Shown here piece by piece: positions 1 to 13,727 of a stretch of DNA of 64,000 nt. The notes beneath the pieces are model-generated. The model saw only the letters and a program-made list of their open reading frames with translations, had not been told where the DNA came from and did not search any database. The first letter of the stretch is position 1, and the number at the start of each line of letters is the position of its first letter. A program made the position numbers and the translations under genes. Source of the stretch: the human T2T-CHM13v2.0 reference genome, Homo sapiens; the NCBI RefSeq assembly GCF_009914755.1, contig NC_060926.1; one strand, given 5' to 3'.

Positions 1-247
1 ATATCTTTACTGGGCTCTAGAGGAACTTAATATTATTAGACAGTAGTTGCTAACTCTTTTGAATAACTTATAAAAGTCTATTTTATAAAAACATGCTACT
101 GTTATGATGTTTCTCACTCCAAATATGTATTTCCACTGGAAAAATCTGGAATAGAACTCAAAATAAATAAAAGGACTGCTGGTTTCTGGTTCTACATATA
201 TGTAAACACTTTGGAAGTGGCCACTCCTTGATTACGTAAGCTTATAT

Positions 248-307
248 ATGTGTGTGTGTGTCTGTGTGTGTGTGTGTGTGTGTGGTGGGGGGTGTGTGTG
301 TGTGTGT
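248..307. repeat. (TG)n microsatellite
   Basis: Seen directly. Confidence 0.95.
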
Positions 308-882
308 ATAATGTACATATTATGTATGCTTATAAATGTAAATGAAATTAGTAACAACAATGATACAAGGGACGGGAGAGAGGAATTAGGATTATTTTGC
401 TATTATAAGATAAACTACCTGAGAAGTGATATAGTATTACTTGAAAGTGGGCTTGGATTAGTTATAAATGCATATTGCAAACCCTAGGGCAACCACTCAA
501 AAAAAACAGTTTAAAAAAAAGTACAACTGATATGCTAAGAAAGGTGAGAAAATGGAATCATAAAAAAATGCTCAATAAAAGCATAAAAGACAAAAAGAAG
601 AGTAGAAGACAAAAATAGGAACAAAAATCAAGCAACAAATAGAAAACAGTAACAAATACGATAGATATTAATCCATCAAAACCAATTATCCCTTTGAGCG
701 TCAGTGTTCTAAAGATATCAATTAAAAGAGATGTCAGAGATGATCAAAAAATAAGAGCTAATTGTATGTTATCTACAAGAAACCCACCTTACATAAAAAG
801 ACACACGTAGATTAAAAGTAAATGAATGGAGAAAGCTATACCAACACCAATCAAAAGAGAGGGGGAGTAACTATATTAATTA

Positions 883-922
883 TTATATATATATATATAT
901 ATATAATATATATATATATATA
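883..922. repeat. (TA)n microsatellite
   Basis: Seen directly. Confidence 0.95.
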
Positions 923-1590
923 TTAAAGGGGGGCATTACATAACAACAAAGGAGCTGATTCTCTAAGGAGACATAATAATCCTAAACATTTATATATCTA
1001 AGAAAGGAGAATCAAAATATGTAAGACAAAAGCTGACAGAACTGCAAGAAGAAATAGATAAATCCACTATCATAGCTTGAGACCTCAATACCATTCTATA
1101 AGGACAGATGCAGCAGTCAGAAAACCAGTAAGGACGCAGTTCAGCTCAACAACACCATCAATCAACTGGCTATAACTGACACCTACACTTATTTCATCCA
1201 AAAAAAGAAAAAAAAACAGAATACACATTCTTTTCAAACTCACATAAAGCATTCACCAAGATGGACCACATTCTGAGCCATAAAACACGCCATAACAAAT
1301 TTAAAATAGAAATCATGCATACAATGTCTTCCCCTCAGTGGAATTAAACTAGAAGTCAAAAACAGAACGATAATTGGAAAATCCCAAAACATGCAGAGAT
1401 TTAAAAACACACTTCCAAATAACACATGGGTCAAAGAAAAAAGTCTCAAGAGAAATTTTAAAATATTTTGAACTAAATAAAAATGGAAACACAACTTATC
1501 AAAATTTGTGGGACGCAACAAAAGAACAGCTGAGAAGAAAATTTATAGCACTGAATGCATATATTCGTAAAGAAGAAAGATATAAAATCA

Positions 1591-1901
<311 letters not shown>

Positions 1902-2669
1902 TTAATAATCTAAGCTTCCACCTCAGGAAACTAGAAAAAGAGCAAATTAAATCCAAAGTAATCAGAAGAAAAGAAATAATAAAAACTAAAACAGAAATAA
2001 AACAATGAAACCAAAAGCTAGTTAGTTCAAAAGATAAACACAATCAATAAGCCTTGGACTAACTAAGATGAAAGAAGAGGAAACACAAATTCAGAAAAAC
2101 AACAAATAAAAGAGAGGCTACCACTTTAGACCTACCTCATGGACAAAAATAGGATAATAAAGGGATACTACAAACAACTCTATGCCCACAAATTTGATAA
2201 CTTAGATAAACAGACCAGTTCTTTCAAAGACATAATTTGCCAAAATTCACAAGAACAGGCCTATATCTATTGAAGAAATTGCATCAATAATAATTTTTCA
2301 AAACAGAAAGCACCAGGCCCAGAGGGTTCACTAATGAAGTCTACCAAGCACTTACAGAAGAAATTATACCAACTCTACATAGGATCTTTCAGAAGACAGA
2401 AGCAAAGGGAATGCTTCCTAACTCATGCTATGAAGTCAGCATCACCCTAATACCCAAAGCAGACGAAGTCTTGACAAGAAAAGCAAACTACAAACCAATA
2501 AATATCTCATGAGCATAGATGCAAAAAACCTCAACAAAATATTAGAAAATCATATGCAAAATGTATAAAAAGAATTATACACCACAATCAAGTGAGATTT
2601 ATGCCAGGTAGGTAGGGCCGGTTCCACATTCAAAAATCAATTAATGTAATCCATCACTTCAACAGACTA

Positions 2670-2971
<302 letters not shown>

Positions 2972-5500
2972 AAACAGGCTAAAGAAGAAAGATCACATGA
3001 TTGCATAATTAGATAAAGCAAAAGCATTTGACAAAATCCAACACCATTTATGGTAGAAACTCTCAGTAAACTAGAAATAGAGAGGAACTTCTTCAACTTG
3101 ATAAAGAGTATCTGTAGTTAACATCATACTTAATGGTGAGAACATGAAAACATCTACTAAGATCAGGAACGAGGCAAGATTGTCCCTTTTCTTACCACTC
3201 CTTTTCAACATAGTACTGCAAGTCCTAACTAATGCAATAAAACAAACAAACAAAAAGGAAATAAAAGGTATGAAGACTGGGAAGAAAGAAAGAAAACTGT
3301 CTTAGTTCACAGATGACTTGACTCTCTATGTAGAAAAACCGAAAGAACCACAATGAAAAAAAACTCCTGGGACTAACAAACAATTATAGCAAGATTTCAG
3401 ATTAATACAAAAGTTGATCACTTTCCTATATATCAGCGTCAAACATGAAATTAAGAACACAATTACTATATATATTAACACTGCAAAAAACGAAATAGGT
3501 ATAAATCTAACAAAATATGTATAAGATCTATATGAGAAAAACCACAAAACTCTTGAAAGAAATCAAGGAAGAACTAAATAAATGAGGAGATATTCCATGT
3601 TCATGGGTAGGAAGACTCAATACTTGACCTAAAGATTTAACGCAATCTCAATGAAAATCCCAGCAAGTTATTCAAGGTGAATCAAAAGTTCATATGAGGA
3701 GAAAAAGACCCAGAATAGCCAACACAGTATTGAAGGAGGAGAACAAAATAGGAGGACTGACACTACCCAACTTCAAGAAAATAGAGCTAGAGTAATCAAA
3801 CAGTGTGGTATGCGCAAACGAACAGACAAAGAGAAAGAGCCCAGAAACAGACCTACACAAATATAGTCAATTGATCTTTGACAAGCGGCAAAGGCAATAC
3901 AATGCAAGAAATAGCGTTTTTAACAAATGGTGCTGGAACAACTGGAAACAAAAAAAAAAAAAGAAAAGAAGCAAGGAAGCAAGAAAGCAAGCAAGAAAAG
4001 AATCTAGACACATTCACACTTCACAAAAATTAACTCAAAATAGCTCACAGACCTAAATGCAAAAGTATAAAACACCTAGAAAATGACAGAGGATAAAATC
4101 TAGGTGACCGTAGGTTTGGTGTTAACTTTTTAGATAGGACACTAAAAGCAAGATCCATGAAAGAAAGAATTAGTAAGCTAGACTTCATCAAAAATGTCTG
4201 CTCTGCAAAAGACACTGTCAAGAGAATGAAAAGCAACCAAAAGAATGGAGCAAAATATTTGCAAAAAGCTTATCTGATAAAGGACCATTAGCCAAAATAC
4301 ACAAAGAACTCTTAAAACTCAACAATAAGAAAATGAACAACCTGACTGAAAAATAAGCCAAGACCTTCACAGCCAATTCACCAAAGAAGACATACAGATA
4401 GCAAATAAGCACATGAAAATATGCTCCACAACATGTGTAATCAGGGAAATGCAAATTCAAACAATAAGATACCACTGCACACCTAACAGAATGGCCAAAA
4501 TCCAGAACACCAATAATACCAAATGCTGGTGAGGATGTGATGTGGAGCAACAGGAGCCTCATTCATTTCTGGTGGGAATGCAAAATAGCCACCTCAGAAC
4601 AGTCTGGTTGTTTCTAACAAAACGAAACATCATACAATCTAGCAATCACACTCCTTGGTATTTACCCGAAGGAGTTTTCAAATCCTTTATGTTCACACAA
4701 AAGCCTGTCCACAAAAGTTTATAGCAGCTTTATTCATACTTGCCAAAACTTGGAAGCAATAAAGATGTCCTTCAGTAGATAAATGTATAAATGAACTGTG
4801 ATATATCCAGACAATGGCACATTAGCCATGCTAAAAAGAAATGAGCTAGCAGGTCATGAAAAGACATGAAGGGCACTTAAATGCATATGACTACGTGAAA
4901 GAAGCCAATCTGAAAAGACTACACATGTATGATTCAACTATATGACATTCTGGAAAGGGCAAAACTATGGCGATAGTAAAAAGAAATGGTAGCCAGGGGT
5001 TAGGGAGGAGGGTGGAGGGAGGGGTGAACAGGTGTGAAGAGGTGAAGCACAGAAGATTTTGAGGGCAATAAATCTACTCTGTATAAGACTATAATGGTGG
5101 ATACATGTTATACATTTGTCCAAGCCCACAGAATGTACCACACCAAGAGTGAACCCTACTGTAAACTATGGATGCTGGGTGATTATGATGTGTCAGCCTA
5201 AGTTCATCAATTGTAACAAATGTACTGCTCTGGTGGGTAATCGTGCCAATTGGGGAGGCTGTGTATGTGTGGGGGAAGTGGGTATATGGGATATCTTTGC
5301 ACTTCCCTCTAAATTTTACCGTGAACTTAAAACTACCTTAAATTATAGTCTTGAATGAACGAATGAATGAATGAACAAATTAAACTAAAATAAATGCAAC
5401 ACTTTAACATTTAGAGAGTGTACTTCCTAAAGCCCAAATGAGCATGGCAGTGGCAACATATTCGCATTACAATTTTTTCTAATAACCAATGAGTGCTTAC

Positions 5501-5790
5501 TTTCATGAATCCTTCACTTTTCAATTTGTGCAGTTTGGAGGCTGCATTATGGAGGCGTTTTCTTTGGGAATTCAGGAGCGAGTCCAGCACTTGCCACCAT
5601 GTACGACAGTTCAACACAAAGGCCAATCCCACTACAGATGCGATTGATATGAGGACAGCATTTACAGTCAGATGCTTTGGGTCAACTCTAAATATAGCCA
5701 GAAGAGTAATTCCAGATATAATGCAGCCAATGATAAAAAGGAAGATGACAAAAGATGGGAGACAACATGTTTTTTTCCATTTCTTTTTAC
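5501..5790 (-). CDS. KIDINS220: KIDINS220 exon 17, transmembrane segments 3-4 ([12 protein letters not shown]...SEGFMK)
   Basis: 290 nt, phase 1/0, ttacag| ... |GTAAGC; the gene continues left of the window. Confidence 0.96.
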
Positions 5791-5965
5791 CTGTAATGCA
5801 ACAAATGGTTTTAATAATTAACATATCAAGGATCTAGAAAATCCTAACATTATAGTCACAATACCTGATGAGTCTAATGTTCAAGGTGTGTTTTCATGAA
5901 AATAAACTGAACATCTATCCCACCCCCATCCCTTACACACAAAGAAGGAAGGAAGGAAATCCTAC

Positions 5966-6117
5966 CCTGAGTATCTTCAGTCTTGAATACTCGAAAAAGC
6001 CTGGTTGCCAAAAAGCCAAACTCTCTTTCACAAGCATCCGAGAGGGTTGCAATCATTTCAGCCAGAGAAGTTTCTCCACCTACACTGGACAGTCTATTGT
6101 AATCTGTAAACAAAAAC
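5966..6117 (-). CDS. KIDINS220: KIDINS220 exon 16 ([15 protein letters not shown]...KTEDTQ)
   Basis: 152 nt, phase 2/1, ttcaag| ... |GTAGGA. Confidence 0.96.
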
Positions 6118-7136
6118 CTTGAAGAAAAGAACAAATCAAACATTACTTTATTATCTAAAGTAACAAATAACTTCAATGTATGTCATCTTTGCATCACTTA
6201 CCCTTTATTTTCTTTTTGTCTCTTTCAAAATATTGTTTTTTAAATTCCAAGGAGGGAAAAGAATTTGTAATTAGGTAGCTTCCACTTCTAAAATCTTACA
6301 TACTTTTCTTAGGAAAAAACAGTAACAAAAGTGAAATGTGCAGGGCCATATAAAGTAATTCTGACTAAGGACAGGCGGGGGAAAGTTACGCCAGAACTTA
6401 GATGTGGAGTATCAAGACACCCCAACAGATCTCACGACATAGTGGTTAAAAAGTGACACACGTGTCATGATGTGGCCACCAAGAGTTGCACAAGAAAGTT
6501 TTCTAACACCAATGAAAGAGACTCTAACCCTGAAAAAATATTAATTACAGTCATTAAAGAATTTCAAGCCCAGTAATACCATTTAAAAACTCAAGTTTTA
6601 GCATGGCTTATTTTATTTATAGCTTCCACGTCTACCAGGGATTGAGAAATAGTTGTAAAATATTCTCTTCACAATTGATCTTCAAAATTAAGTGAATTAT
6701 TTGTATTCAGAGTCTCTGAATCATTATTATTTCTGTTAGTTCCTTTCTCCCTTCCATCTCTAAATTAAACTCTCATCTCAGTCCAGTAGATAAGCATTGC
6801 TCTCAGAATACAATCTGTAATATACTGTGTGGTCTTGATGATGCTACTTTAATTGTTCTAACTGAAAAAAAAAAATACCACCTCATTAATTTAGACTGGT
6901 TTCCTTATTTTCTGTAAAAATATTCCCCCAATTATTTTATTCTGTTTTCCTTTTAACTTTTTCACTTTTAAATCCTTTTCTTAATACTTAATTCTCTATG
7001 CTAGTTACTTAAAAGTTTTTACCTTTATTTTTCTCTTATACTCAGTTTTAATATTTTACCTGGTTTGGCTTATTTATTTTCATCTTAAATTACACTTATT
7101 TTTTCTTATAACTAAAAAATTTTCATCTTTTAATGC

Positions 7137-7425
7137 TTTTTTTTTTTGAGCAGGGTCTCACTTTGTCACCTAGGCTGCAGTGCGGTGGCGTGATCTTGGC
7201 TCACTGTACCCTCAACCCCCGAAGCTTAAGCAGTCCTCCCACTTCAGCCTCCCAAGCAGCTAGAACTACAGGCACGCACCACCACACCCAGCTAATTTTT
7301 CTATTTTTTGTAGAGATGGGGTTTTGCCTTTACCCAGGCTTGTTTTGAACTCCTGAGCTCAAGCAATTGACCACTTTGGCCTCCCACAGTGCTGGGATTA
7401 CAGGTGTGAGCCACCACATCTGGCT
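7137..7425 (-). mobile_element. Alu (J-like)
   Basis: Poly-T followed by reverse Alu consensus. Confidence 0.93.
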
Positions 7426-8031
7426 TAATACATTTTAAATTCTTACATTGCTTACTTCCATTGAATTTCTTTTGCTTTTAACTTTCTAGCTTTTTTTTTT
7501 TTTCATTTCACTGTCCTCTGGAGCCCTCTACCTTTCCTTTATTCCTGGACTTAAACATTTTTCATCTTTTCTTTTTTCTCATAAATTTCCTACTTAATAT
7601 GAATAATAATTTTAGACAGACATGTGAATATATTTCCTGAGCTGAGAAAAGCACAGCTCAGAGAGGGGAGCTGGGTTTCCCCAGGTTAACCGCTCACATA
7701 AGGAAGGGCCAGGTCTCCAGCGGGAAGCTCTCTGGGGACCAAGGCCAGTGGCTGGACCCCTCCTCCATCCAGTGCTCTCTTCAAAGTGTGTTCCAAAAGA
7801 TGGTAACAGGTGACATAACAGGGAGAAAAGGTTTATGCTTAAATAAAATTTGGTAAATAAAAGTTAAACAGGTTTCTTTATGGAAAGGTGCCTCTGATCC
7901 TTTAACGTACAGGAGGGATATATAATCTGAAGTGTTTCCCACGGTATTTGACCAGGGCATGTTTTTATTTCTGTATGTAAAAGGTTCCAATGTTTTTTGG
8001 AACATACATTGAGAAATTATATTCTATAAAC

Positions 8032-8332
<301 letters not shown>

Positions 8333-8406
8333 TAAACTTTCCGAAGTGAAAAATATTTTTTTCTGAATCTCATTGAAGATTTCTTCTGTCAAATGGTACA
8401 ACTCAC

Positions 8407-8572
8407 CTCACAGGTAAAGCTTTAGTAGTCTGCTCTGGCAACTCAGGTGGATTCACAAACATCAATTTAAGGAGGAGTTCCAAATATCCAATATGTCTTG
8501 CCAATCTAGTGCTGAGGACCCAGGCCCAATTCCAACTCTCTCCTTCTCTTCGTCCACCAAAGTAAATGACAA
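8407..8572 (-). CDS. KIDINS220: KIDINS220 exon 15 ([18 protein letters not shown]...TTKALPVR)
   Basis: 166 nt, phase 1/2, tttcag| ... |GTGAGT; missed by the ORF track, translated by hand. Confidence 0.94.
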
Positions 8573-9042
8573 CTGAAATTCACAGTTTAAAAAAGTTATC
8601 CAAAGCAGTCACTAGTCAAGCAGATCTTTTCTCCAAAGATCAAGTATCAAGTAATGAGAGCTAAGCTTACATAGCTTCCTATGGTCCCATACTATTTCCT
8701 AACTACTCCTCAAAGAATTCCATTAACCTCCCCTAAGATACAGAAGATATGAAAAATGAAAAGTAAACTGACTAAAACATGCCTTAAACAGAAACATAAC
8801 TGCAGTTCAGATTCAAATGCAAATCACCTTGGGTTTATCACTATTCGCAACTGGTAAAGTTGGTTATCAGTTCCTCTAACAGTAAATCTATTTCCTTTCT
8901 TGCAACTGAAGACACCCCCAAGAATAGGGATTATATTATATTTTTTTATTTTGCTTTTAGATAAAATTAAAAGTACAGACATGGTCAAAATGCTCAAGAG
9001 CATACCAATGATGGCTTTGAAGCCTTCTTTTCAGAAAAAGAA

Positions 9043-9329
9043 TTTTTTTTTTTTTTTTTTTTTTGAGATGGAGTCTCGCTCTGTTGCCCAGGCTGGAGAG
9101 CAGTGCAACCTCCCCCTCCCAGGTTCACGCCATTCTCCTGCCTCAGCCTCCCGAGTAGCTGGGACTACAGGCGCCCGCCATCTTGCCCGGCTAATTTTTT
9201 TGTATATTTAGTAGAGACGGGGTTTCACCATGTCAGCCAGGATGGTCTCGATCTCCTGACCTTACGATCTGCCCGCCTTGGGCTCCCAAAGTGCTGGGAT
9301 TACAGGCGTGAGAGCCACCGCACCCGGCC
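9043..9329 (-). mobile_element. Alu (Y-like) with a small internal deletion
   Basis: CpG-rich reverse Alu, TSD cagaaaaaga. Confidence 0.93.
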
Positions 9330-9619
9330 CAGAAAAAGATTTAAATATAAATCATTAATTAACAAAAACAGTAAGTATAATAATATAGGTTCTTGCTTCA
9401 AGATTAACAAGTAGTACATTAGTTTATAAGCTACTTCAGCCAAGTTGTGAGCAATGTTCCTTTAGGAAAATTTATGGAGTAGCAAAAAGATCAATTTTCT
9501 CACCCAATTATGAAAATCACATACAGGTTTTAAAAGACAGATAAAGAAAATGTTTTTTCTTTATCTATGAATCTTAACGTTTTCTCCATTTTTGAAAAAG
9601 ATAAAAAGCAAAGACTTAC

Positions 9620-9799
9620 TAAAGAATATATATAAGAGAGCCAAGAAGCTCAGTGACACTGCTATTCCAAGATTTGGGTGGACCGTGAAGGCAAACAATA
9701 AACCAAGCCCTCCACAAAGTAGCAGGGTAAGAAACACTATGAGCCATGAGAACTGAAAGAGAGGCTCAATCTGTTGTCCGGCGAAGGTTTTCATTTCGT
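9620..9799 (-). CDS. KIDINS220: KIDINS220 exon 14, transmembrane segments 1-2
   Basis: 180 nt, phase 1/1, tttcag| ... |GTAAGT; hydrophobic [22 protein letters not shown] and [17 protein letters not shown]. Confidence 0.96.
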
Positions 9800-10799
9800 C
9801 TGAAAGAGAATTTAATACGAAACCTTATTCCTGTTTTGTTTAAGAAATACAACTTTTAACTCAATATGCAGTTTTCACATTTTCAATGTAAACATTTATT
9901 GGACACTTAGTAGGTCCCTAGATGGAATACTGCCACTTAACCATTTTACCCAGTGTTCTCTTGCCAAAGATGAACATCTCACCCCCAGGACCACAGCTAG
10001 GCCTGACTCGCCACCCTCTCCTGCTTCACGTGGAGGATGTACAAAACCCCTTCTCATATACTCCCATCTGTCAAGATTTTCTTGAGATTTGTTTTTTGTG
10101 GTTTGCATTAACACAAACAACAAATATTATGCATATGCATATTGTTTCCACATGCAAAAATAAAAACTATACCCTATATCTTCAAACTACATATCACCAC
10201 CATTCCACTGTGATCCTTCTCATCCCTTCTCCCTCCAATCACATTTGAGAATACTGTTCTTAAAGGTGCATGTTGAGCCCAATGGAGTCCCACACAAGTA
10301 ATTCTTTGTACAAAACTTGGGGAAAATTTTATAGGCAATACTGAAACCTATCCTTGAAGAATAAGTAAGCTTTTGCCAAGCAAAAGGCATGCATGTTGGG
10401 TGGGTGGTAGTGAGGCCACTAAGGAGCTGCTAATAGAGGGAGCAACCTGGGAAACACATCTGGTCTGTTCTTGCAAGAGCAAACAGTCCTCTGTGACTGA
10501 AGCTGGGGCACATGCCAGAGGTGGTGCTGGCAGGTGGGACCATGCAAATTGACAAGTCTGTGAAGGGCCCGAAAAAAACTTGCCAGCAAGGGTTTTATGT
10601 GGGGTTATCACACAATTGGATCTGCTTTAGAAAGAGAACTCAAATGACCGTGTGAAGGACCAACCAGAGGGGAGTTCATCTCAGTAAACCACATAACACA
10701 CATGCTTATACAGAAAGTGGTCTTCCTCTTTATTTCAGAAAAATCCCCAGAGAAAACCTTGCTTTATATATACAGACTTTGTACAAGCAAGCCCTTTAC

Positions 10800-10964
10800 C
10801 TTCTAGTTTCTTGAGTAAGAAAGATTTCCCACTTCCCCACTGTGCATATAACCCCACACAAATGGGTGGCTGCATGGTAGGCTCACTGAGAATATCTGCC
10901 AGGGCACTGCTATATAAATCATATCCAAGCATGTCACCGTCTGTTTCAGTAGGAGACAAGTGTC
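10800..10964 (-). CDS. KIDINS220: KIDINS220 exon 13, start of KAP P-loop NTPase, Walker A ([12 protein letters not shown])
   Basis: 165 nt, phase 1/1, ttacag| ... |GTAAAG; ORF 10735..10959. Confidence 0.96.
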
Positions 10965-11419
10965 CTGTAATTAAAACACATCATATCTTACATTAAACAG
11001 TGGCATTACTATTAGAAATGAACACTATTTTCATTGTTTCCTTGATTAGAGAGAAAAAAATTATTTCAAATGTTTATACCCATGTAGGGACAGTTTCAGG
11101 GAGTCTCTGAGCCTATTCTGACTTGGAAGGCTACCTGATTTAAAATTCAGAGATTCTTAAATTACTATCGTATTTCATAAAAAGTTTCAGATATTCTTAA
11201 ATTACTATCATATTTCATAGAACTTGATACTTATTAATTATATGATACATCATTTTTATGTATAACTAAGAAAGAACAAAATGTTGCCAAATTGTGACAT
11301 CATGCTTTCTTGTCCATCACTTACAAGACACATTCCAATTTCAGAGATGTTAAATTATGGGAACATTGTGCATTTTAGAATCGATAAAATATGATTAACA
11401 CAAATAAGCATATAAAATA

Positions 11420-12950
11420 AATTTAGTACGTGTAATACCTATACAAAGAAAGTTGTAAAATGTTACTGAAGAACATAATAGATAATAATAGAAAAAGAAA
11501 CATTTTATGATTCCAGGAAGAAAGGTTCAGCAATTCTCCCAAATTATTCTATCACTTTAAGGCAGTTCTAATTAAAATCCATGAGAATTTTGTTTTAATT
11601 GAAAGGAAAGAAGAATGTGTAAGAATAGAAAAAAAAATTAAAGACTACTGAAGGGTAGTTGCCACTGGAGAAGAATAAAAATGTAAAACAATAATTTGAA
11701 CATTCTGGAACTCATATAGGATATTAACATAAGTGGCATTTCAAATAAGGCAGGAAAGGATGAATTAGTAAGTGGTGTTGGGAAAGTTTAATCATTCATG
11801 AAAAAATTAAATTAAAATGCTATATACCTCATAGCCTCAACAAAATTTTCTGAAACATTAAAAAATTAAGTAGAAAAAAGTAAAACCATAGAAGTACTAG
11901 AAGGAAATATAGGAAAAACTTTAAAAATCTTTGTTTAAAAAGGCCTTTCTTTTGCAATGTAATACTAAGGCCAGAACTGCAGGAAAAGACTAATGAATAA
12001 ACTACAAAAATGTAAAACTTTTGAATGAGGAATAAAAATCCATGACCATCAACCAAGAGTATGCCGGGGGAGAGGAATGCAGCACATGGGATAGACCCAG
12101 GATCAATATCCATAACACAGAAAGACTCTTACATCAATTTTTTTAAAATATTAAAAACTAAAAAGTGGGCAAAGGATACAAAAAGGAAACTGGCAAGAAT
12201 ACAAATAGCCTATGAACATATTACACATTATCTAAGCCAAAAGGCTGAGAAGCAATAGCCTATGAATATATTACAAGATCTCAATTTCACTAATAATTTT
12301 AAAACACAAATTGAAATGAGATTTTCTTTTCTTATTTATCTGATTAGCAAAGAGTAAGAGGCTGGAAATACCCAGTGCTAGCAAGCTTGTGGGGAATTGT
12401 GGTATCTTACACTGCCAGAGGGAGAAGAAATTTTTACAACCATTTTGGAAAGTCTATCAAAACTATGGGCATCCACTGACTTGGCAATTCTACTTCTGGG
12501 AATTTACCCTAAGAAAATAATCCTAATTGTACCCCCTGAATCTCTAATAATATTTTCAAAAGAAAGAAAAAAAATCCTAAAAATAAGAGTCAATGGATAT
12601 ACGTACAAAGGTGTTCACTGCAGCACTAGTTGTTAGCAAAACAAACTAAATATTCACCAATAGCGAACTCAATGTACGAAAAATTATGCAATAATTAAAA
12701 TATGACACTTTAAGCTTTTGTAACATATTATAACTCAATTTTTATTTTTTAAAACTATATACATAGTATGTAACATTTTTATAAGCATAAAGAAAAGCCT
12801 GGAGGGTCATTTAAACAATTACAAGTTGGGATATAGGGGGTAATGGGGAATTTTCACTTTCTGCTATACTCATGTTTTCATTCTTGAAATGTAATTAGTG
12901 CACATTACTATTATAATAAGAAAAAATATTTTAAAATACAAAAAGTCATA
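11420..12950 (+). mobile_element. Very old LINE-1 remnant (L1ME-like)
   Basis: A-rich, with decayed L1 3' motifs such as gcaattctacttctgggaatttaccctaag. Confidence 0.6.
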
Positions 12951-12965
12951 AAAAAATAGAATCAT

Positions 12966-13506
<541 letters not shown>

Positions 13507-13549
13507 TGATTATTTAAAAGCTCAGTTAGGAGCAAAACTCAATACTTAC

Positions 13550-13727
13550 TGGCTCCAAATATTTGAGTTAAAATACTCTTCTGATGGCTACAGTCAATAT
13601 TATAAGGAGTCTCGCCTGCTTTGTTGGGCCTATAAAGTAATCGCCCATCTTTGGGATTTCTTAAAAGCAGTTCTGCCAGTTTCCGGCTCCTTCCACGAAT
13701 AGCAATATGCAAGGGAGTATCTCCTTT
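13550..13727 (-). CDS. KIDINS220: KIDINS220 exon 12, last ankyrin repeat and linker ([12 protein letters not shown]...QIFGA)
   Basis: 178 nt, phase 0/1, ttacag| ... |GTAAGT. Confidence 0.96.

Noticed and set aside
5874-5965. Read-through of exon 16 into the 175-nt intron 16 giving a new C-terminus
   Set aside because: Open by chance for about 30 codons; both splice sites are canonical and retention cannot be shown from sequence.
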